From positions 1 to 21,608 of the forward strand of contig JBGAQA010000105.1 in NCBI GenBank assembly GCA_044220955.1: 21,608 nucleotides of DNA, written 5' to 3'. The translations under genes and the position numbers were made by a program. The DNA is from Sandaracinaceae bacterium (GTDB lineage: Bacteria; Myxococcota_A; Polyangia; Polyangiales; Sandaracinaceae). Below the pieces are notes generated by a model. That model was given only the letters and a program-made list of their open reading frames with translations. It was not told the DNA's origin and made no database searches. Of this stretch, positions 17,470 through 21,608 are shown in pieces; the first letter of the stretch is position 1, and each line of letters begins with the position of its first letter.

Positions 17470-17528
17470 CCGAACGGCGCTTGCCGAAACGCCGTTCTCC
17501 GAAACGCCGGCCTCCGACCCGCCGGCCT
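17470..17528. repeat. Short ~15-nt tandem repeat, 3-4 degenerate copies
   Basis: ccgaacggcgcttg / ccgaaacgccgttct / ccgaaacgccggcct / ccgacccgccggcct between convergent genes. Confidence 0.65.
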
Positions 17529-17799
17529 ACTGCGGTCCGTGATCGTCGGTCGGCGCCGCAGGTGCAGGAGCGACCTCGGCTCCGTACGCCTCGTCCGTCG
17601 TCGCGGCCGCCGCGTCGGGCGCGGGCGCCATCGCAGCACGCAGCATCACGAAGAGCGCGATCAACACGAAGAGAACCAGGCCGCTGATCGGCACCCACAT
17701 CGGCGTGTCCGCGGCCTCGTCGGTCACGGCCGGCATGGGCGGGTGAGGGTGCGACTCGTGGGCGCCCTGATCTTCGGTGGAGCTGTGCGAGGCGGACAT
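17527..17799 (-). CDS. Small single-pass membrane protein (90 aa)
   Basis: His/Pro-rich N-terminus, DTPMWVPISGLVLFVLIALFVML hydrophobic segment, Ala/Pro/acidic tail. Confidence 0.7.
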   Translation of the reverse strand: MSASHSSTEDQGAHESHPHPPMPAVTDEAADTPMWVPISGLVLFVLIALFVMLRAAMAPAPDAAAATTDEAYGAEVAPAPAAPTDDHGPQ

Positions 17800-17868
17800 G
17801 AGGGCGCGAACATAGCGGCCGGTGCGGCTCGCGTCCACGGGCGGCGGCGTGGTATGGCGATCGCCGCC

Positions 17869-18432
17869 ATGGCCGAAGAAGACCGGGTCAAGTGGGACCA
17901 GAGGTGGGCCGCCGAGCGTGACCTCCCGCGCTCCGTGCCGACGTGGGTCGCGGAGCTGGACGGGGAGCTGGCGCGGACGGGTCGAGCGCTCGACGTCGCC
18001 GCGGGGGCCGGTCGGATGGCCGTCGCACTCGCACGCCGCGGGCTCGACGTCACGGCGGTGGACATCTCTCCCGTGGGTCTCGCGCTCGCGCGGGAAGCTG
18101 CGCGCGACGAGGGGCTCAAGCTCGCGACCGTCGTGCGCGACCTCGAGCGCGAGGGCCTGCCGCCGGGCTCGTTCGACCTCGTCTGCTGCTTCCACTACCG
18201 GCAGCCGGGCCTGTTCCCGGCGATCCGCGAGGCGCTCGCCCCCGGGGGCGTGGTCCTCGCCGAGGTCGCCACGGTCCGCAGCCTCGAGAAGCAGCCCTCG
18301 CGCACGGCGCGCTGGCTCGCCGAGACCAACGAGCTGCTGCGCTGCTGCGAGGGCCTCGAGATCGCGTACTACCGGGAGGGCTGGCTCGGCGACAAGCACG
18401 TCGCCCGCGTGGCCGCGCGCAAGCCCGCCTGA
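17869..18432 (+). CDS. Class I SAM-dependent methyltransferase, TehB-like
   Basis: DRVKWDQRW, ALDVAAGAGR, AVDIS, FDLV and ALAPGG motifs. Confidence 0.88.
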   Translation: MAEEDRVKWDQRWAAERDLPRSVPTWVAELDGELARTGRALDVAAGAGRMAVALARRGLDVTAVDISPVGLALAREAARDEGLKLATVVRDLEREGLPPGSFDLVCCFHYRQPGLFPAIREALAPGGVVLAEVATVRSLEKQPSRTARWLAETNELLRCCEGLEIAYYREGWLGDKHVARVAARKPA

Positions 18433-18445
18433 CGGTCCAGGGGCT

Positions 18446-18637
18446 TCAGCTCCCGAAGGGCCACCACTTCGACTTCGCAGCCGGCTGCGGCTCGCTCCCG
18501 CCGCCACCGACCGCGACGGCCTCGCGGCAGCTGCAGCGTTGGGCCTTGGGGACGTCGCCGAGCACCATCTCGATGTGGGCGCCGCACCCGGCGTAGGTCG
18601 GCTTGCTGCACTTCTCGCACGTCACGCGTCGGCACAT
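18446..18637 (-). CDS. Small Cys-rich protein (63 aa)
   Basis: MCRRVTCEKCSKPTYAGCGAHIE...RCSC; AGGAG upstream of the start. Confidence 0.8.
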   Translation of the reverse strand: MCRRVTCEKCSKPTYAGCGAHIEMVLGDVPKAQRCSCREAVAVGGGGSEPQPAAKSKWWPFGS

Positions 18638-18691
18638 GGTGTTCTGCTCCTGCCTTTCCTGCCTTGGTTGTCGCAGAGTACTGGGCGCGGG

Positions 18692-19114
18692 TCACGCAGC
18701 GGCGCGCGTGCTCGCCTCGTCGAGCGTCACGTCCACGATCGGCGCAGCGGCCATCGTCTTCTTCACCTTGCAGCCCGCCATCGCGCGCTGGATCGCGACG
18801 CGATGGTGCTCGGGGAACCCGGCCGGGAGCGTGAGCTCCAGCGTGATCCGGCTGGGCAGCTTCGTCGCCGGATCGGCCTCGGCGTGCTGCACGATCCGGA
18901 GCCCCTCGGTCGAGAGGCCGCGCGCGCGGCAGTAGCCGAGCGCGTAGATGCCCGCGCAGGTCGCGAGCGACGCGAGGAAGAGGTCGAAGGGCGCCGGGGC
19001 GCTCCCCTCGCCTCCGGCGCTGGCCGGCTGGTCCGTCCGGATCACGTGCTCTCCCACCGTCGCGTCCACGCGCAGCCCGCCCGGAAAGCTCACCACGATG
19101 TCGTCACCCGCCAT
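18692..19114 (-). CDS. OsmC family protein
   Basis: TDQPASAGGEGSAPAPFDLFLASLATC and second Cys in GCKVKK; GAGGTG 6 nt before ATG 19114. Confidence 0.88.
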   Translation of the reverse strand: MAGDDIVVSFPGGLRVDATVGEHVIRTDQPASAGGEGSAPAPFDLFLASLATCAGIYALGYCRARGLSTEGLRIVQHAEADPATKLPSRITLELTLPAGFPEHHRVAIQRAMAGCKVKKTMAAAPIVDVTLDEASTRAAA

Positions 19115-19178
19115 GTTCGTCACCTCTCGATGGGTGAGAGCCGGCCGCGTCGAGAAGGGTTCGCGTCCCGGCGCTTTT

Positions 19179-19988
19179 TCACCGGACCGGGACGGCCCGC
19201 GCGATCGCGGCCTGGATGCGCCGGGCAGCGGCCGGCGAGGGCGGCTCCTCGCCGCTCCGGTGGCAGAGGGCGACGGCCTCGCGCAGCGAGTCGCACGCCC
19301 TGCTGCACGACGCGCAGCTCGCCACGTGCGCCTCCATCGCCGCGCACGCCTCCGGGCCGACGTCGCCCTCGAGGTGCTGTGAGAGCACGCTCACGATGTC
19401 CGGGCACGCGGGATCCGAGGGCACGGAGGGCGCGCCCGGCGCGACCACCGGCGCGAGCGCTGCGCGGACGGAGGCGCGCGCGCGGTGCAAGCGGCTCTTC
19501 ACGGCCTCCACGCTCGTCCCGAGGATCTCCGCCGCCTCGGCCGCCGAGAGCCCCTCGACGTCACGCAGCACGATGACCTCGCGCGAGGTGTCGTCGAGCG
19601 CCGCGATCGCGCGCTCGAGCGCCGCGCCCACCTCGTGGCTCGCCGCGCCTTCCTCCGGGGTGCCGGCGGGCGAGGCGATCGGGGCCGCGCTCTCGTCGTC
19701 GAGCGCCACGATCGCCTCTGGCGCGTGCTTGGTGCGGCGCCGCTTCTTGATGCAGTAGCTGCGGGCGACCGTGTAGAGCCACGTCGAGAGCGCGGAGTCG
19801 CCGCGCAGGTCCCGCACGCCGCGGGCGGCGGCGAAGAGCGTGTCTTGCAGGACGTCCTCGGCGTCCGCCTCGTTGCGGCACATCTTCATCGCGAAGCGCA
19901 TCACCGTCGGCGCGTGGCGCGCGAGCAGCGTGGTGAGCGCGGCGTCGTCGCCCGCGCGGATGGCCTCGATCAGCTCGGCGTCGGTCAC
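19179..19988 (-). CDS. ECF sigma factor with fused C-terminal zf-HC2 (ZAS-like) domain
   Basis: Region 2 DAEDVLQDT and STWLYTVARS; region 4 LRDVEGLSAAEAA and VKSRLHRAR; then C...HLEGD...HVASCASC. Confidence 0.92.
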   Translation of the reverse strand: MTDAELIEAIRAGDDAALTTLLARHAPTVMRFAMKMCRNEADAEDVLQDTLFAAARGVRDLRGDSALSTWLYTVARSYCIKKRRRTKHAPEAIVALDDESAAPIASPAGTPEEGAASHEVGAALERAIAALDDTSREVIVLRDVEGLSAAEAAEILGTSVEAVKSRLHRARASVRAALAPVVAPGAPSVPSDPACPDIVSVLSQHLEGDVGPEACAAMEAHVASCASCSRACDSLREAVALCHRSGEEPPSPAAARRIQAAIARAVPVR

Positions 19989-20169
19989 GCCGCGGTTCTA
20001 CTCAACCCGCGCCCTGGGCGCGAGGCGCAGCAGAGGCTCTCGGCGGAGACCGCCCCGCGATCGACGACAGCAACGGGCGTGACCGGGCTGGTGCGCGGAC
20101 GACGGGACGTGCCTCGCGAGGCGAGCGGCTTCGCCGGTGCGTCGACGGGCCCGCCCAGGGCTCCTGAAA

Positions 20170-20409
20170 TCAGAGATTCTCGACGGAGCGCAGCATCTCG
20201 GGGATGTAGTGCGAGCGCGGCGAGATCAGCGTGTGCCGGCGGGCGCCTCCGCGGACGTGGATCATGTCGACCATCGGCGACTCGAGCGAGCCGGTCACGA
20301 GGTCGGCGTCGTCGAAGACCTCGACCCGCGGCTCCGGGTCCTGCGCGAAGGCCAGGGTCGGGCTGAGGGTGGTCAGAGCGAGCGCCAGGGCGAGCAGGGT
20401 GCGTGTCAT
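20170..20409 (-). CDS. Small secreted protein, CglF/GltF-like
   Basis: Signal peptide ending [18 protein letters not shown] and [19 protein letters not shown] resemble the CglF pattern as I recall it. Confidence 0.65.
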   Translation of the reverse strand: MTRTLLALALALTTLSPTLAFAQDPEPRVEVFDDADLVTGSLESPMVDMIHVRGGARRHTLISPRSHYIPEMLRSVENL

Positions 20410-20525
20410 GCCCCTATCCGACGGGCAGGGTCGCGTTCCGATCTACGGCTTGTGTGCCCTCCGGAAACGCCCTAGGTTTCCGGCATCTAGGTGGACCCCT
20501 CGGGGCCGCCATGGAGGATGAAGCG

Positions 20526-20933
20526 ATGCGACGCAGGATGTTCCTGGGGAAGATCCACCGGGCCACCGTCACCCATGCCGACCTCGACTACGAGGGGAGC
20601 GTGACGATCGACGAGGACCTTCTCGATGCGGCCGGGATGCTGCACCACGAGGAGATCCACGTGCTGAACGTCACGCGCGGCTCGCGCCTGGTGACGTACA
20701 CGCTGCCCGGTCCGCGCGGCTCGGGCGTCATCTGCATCAACGGCGCCGCCGCGCACCTCAACAAGCCCGGCGACCTCGTCATCCTCGCGACCTACGGCGA
20801 CATGGACGACGACGAGGCGCGCCGGCACGTGCCGAAGGTCGTCTTCGTCGACGGCAAGAACCGCGTCGCGCAGGTCGACGCGGAGCGCGCGGGGCCCGAG
20901 ATGCCCCGGCGCGTCGAGCCCGCGCAGGCCTGA
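20526..20933 (+). CDS. panD: Aspartate 1-decarboxylase
   Basis: K9, H11, YEG-S cleavage site at G24/S25, TY and NGAAA motifs; numbering fits ATG 20526 with GGAGG upstream. Confidence 0.97.
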   Translation: MRRRMFLGKIHRATVTHADLDYEGSVTIDEDLLDAAGMLHHEEIHVLNVTRGSRLVTYTLPGPRGSGVICINGAAAHLNKPGDLVILATYGDMDDDEARRHVPKVVFVDGKNRVAQVDAERAGPEMPRRVEPAQA

Positions 20934-20953
20934 GCCGGGCTACCCTGGGCGCG

Positions 20954-21608
20954 ATGGGGGATCGCGCCGCCGTGCTCGTCCTGGTCGCGCTGAGCGCGGC
21001 GTGCGAGGCGCCCGCGCCCGTCGGGAGCGGCTGCGCGCGCAACACGGACTGCGTCGCGCCGCTCGCGTGCACGTACGGTCGCTGCCGCGCGCAGTGCATC
21101 GGCGCGCGCGACTGCGCTCCGGGGCTTCGCTGCATCGCGACGGCGGCCGGACCGGGTGTGTGCACGCTCGCGCCGGAGGAGCGCTGCACGCCGGGCCTGT
21201 GCGCGCCGCCGCTCGCGTGCGTCGAGGACCAGTGCCGGACGACGTGCGAGGTCGATACCGAGTGCCGGACGGGCGCGTGCACCGCGGGCTCGTGCGTGGA
21301 GCCGGTCGCGAGCGACGCCGACGCGTCCATCGACGCCGACACCGACGCCGGCGCCAGCATCCAGTGCGACACCAGCGGCTGGCCCGCCGACCAGGCGCTG
21401 CTCGACGGGCTCTTCGCGGCGGCGCTCCCGGGCCCCGCCGGGCTCCGCGCGCTCACGCCGGGGGATCTCGGCCCCTTCGCGACGCCGACCGACGCGGGCG
21501 CGCCGCTGCCGGGGCAGATCGCGATCGCAGCCCACGCGGACGGCGCCTCGGGGCGCGGGTGGGTCGCTTGGATCGAGGGCTCCGCGCTGACGCCGCGCTT
21601 CATCGAGG
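20954..21608 (+). CDS. Cys-rich lipoprotein (partial, runs off the window)
   Basis: MGDRAAVLVLVALSAAC lipobox; repeats such as CARNTDCVAPLACTYGRC and CEVDTECRTGACTAGSC; DADAS/DAG linker; no stop before the window end. Confidence 0.8.
   Translation, partial: MGDRAAVLVLVALSAACEAPAPVGSGCARNTDCVAPLACTYGRCRAQCIGARDCAPGLRCIATAAGPGVCTLAPEERCTPGLCAPPLACVEDQCRTTCEVDTECRTGACTAGSCVEPVASDADASIDADTDAGASIQCDTSGWPADQALLDGLFAAALPGPAGLRALTPGDLGPFATPTDAGAPLPGQIAIAAHADGASGRGWVAWIEGSALTPRFIE

Noticed and set aside
16894..17868. Long N-terminal extension of the methyltransferase (512-aa ORF)
   Set aside because: It overlaps the CoA-transferase and the minus-strand membrane gene; family-like sequence begins at about 17869.

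Overview
GC-rich bacterial chromosome segment. Gene style (Cys-rich lipoproteins, a CglF/GltF-like protein, a zinc-ribbon Pro/Gly protein) suggests Myxococcota, probably Polyangia (inference). Order: partial zinc-ribbon/Pro-Gly protein (-), a partial complex I operon nuoE-F-J-K-L-M-N (no nuoABCD/GHI here), a lipoprotein, rnz (-), a Bax-inhibitor-1 family gene, rpsB-tsf-pyrH-frr with a t44-like leader, a BoxC-like palindrome, a CaiB/BaiF CoA-transferase, a small membrane protein (-), a SAM methyltransferase, a minus-strand ECF sigma(zinc finger)-OsmC-Cys peptide module, a CglF-like gene (-), panD and a partial Cys-rich lipoprotein. The most striking observation is one ~30-nt cassette found twice, 7 kb apart, in unrelated operons (nuoM/nuoN and pyrH/frr). 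Each copy is a 9-10 codon micro-ORF ([19 protein letters not shown]) whose ATG overlaps the upstream stop and whose TGA overlaps the downstream start (ATGA at both ends). Also notable: an apparent frameshift fusing nuoJ to nuoK, and a PKD-like C-terminal extension on NuoL. All calls were made by eye; no searches were run.
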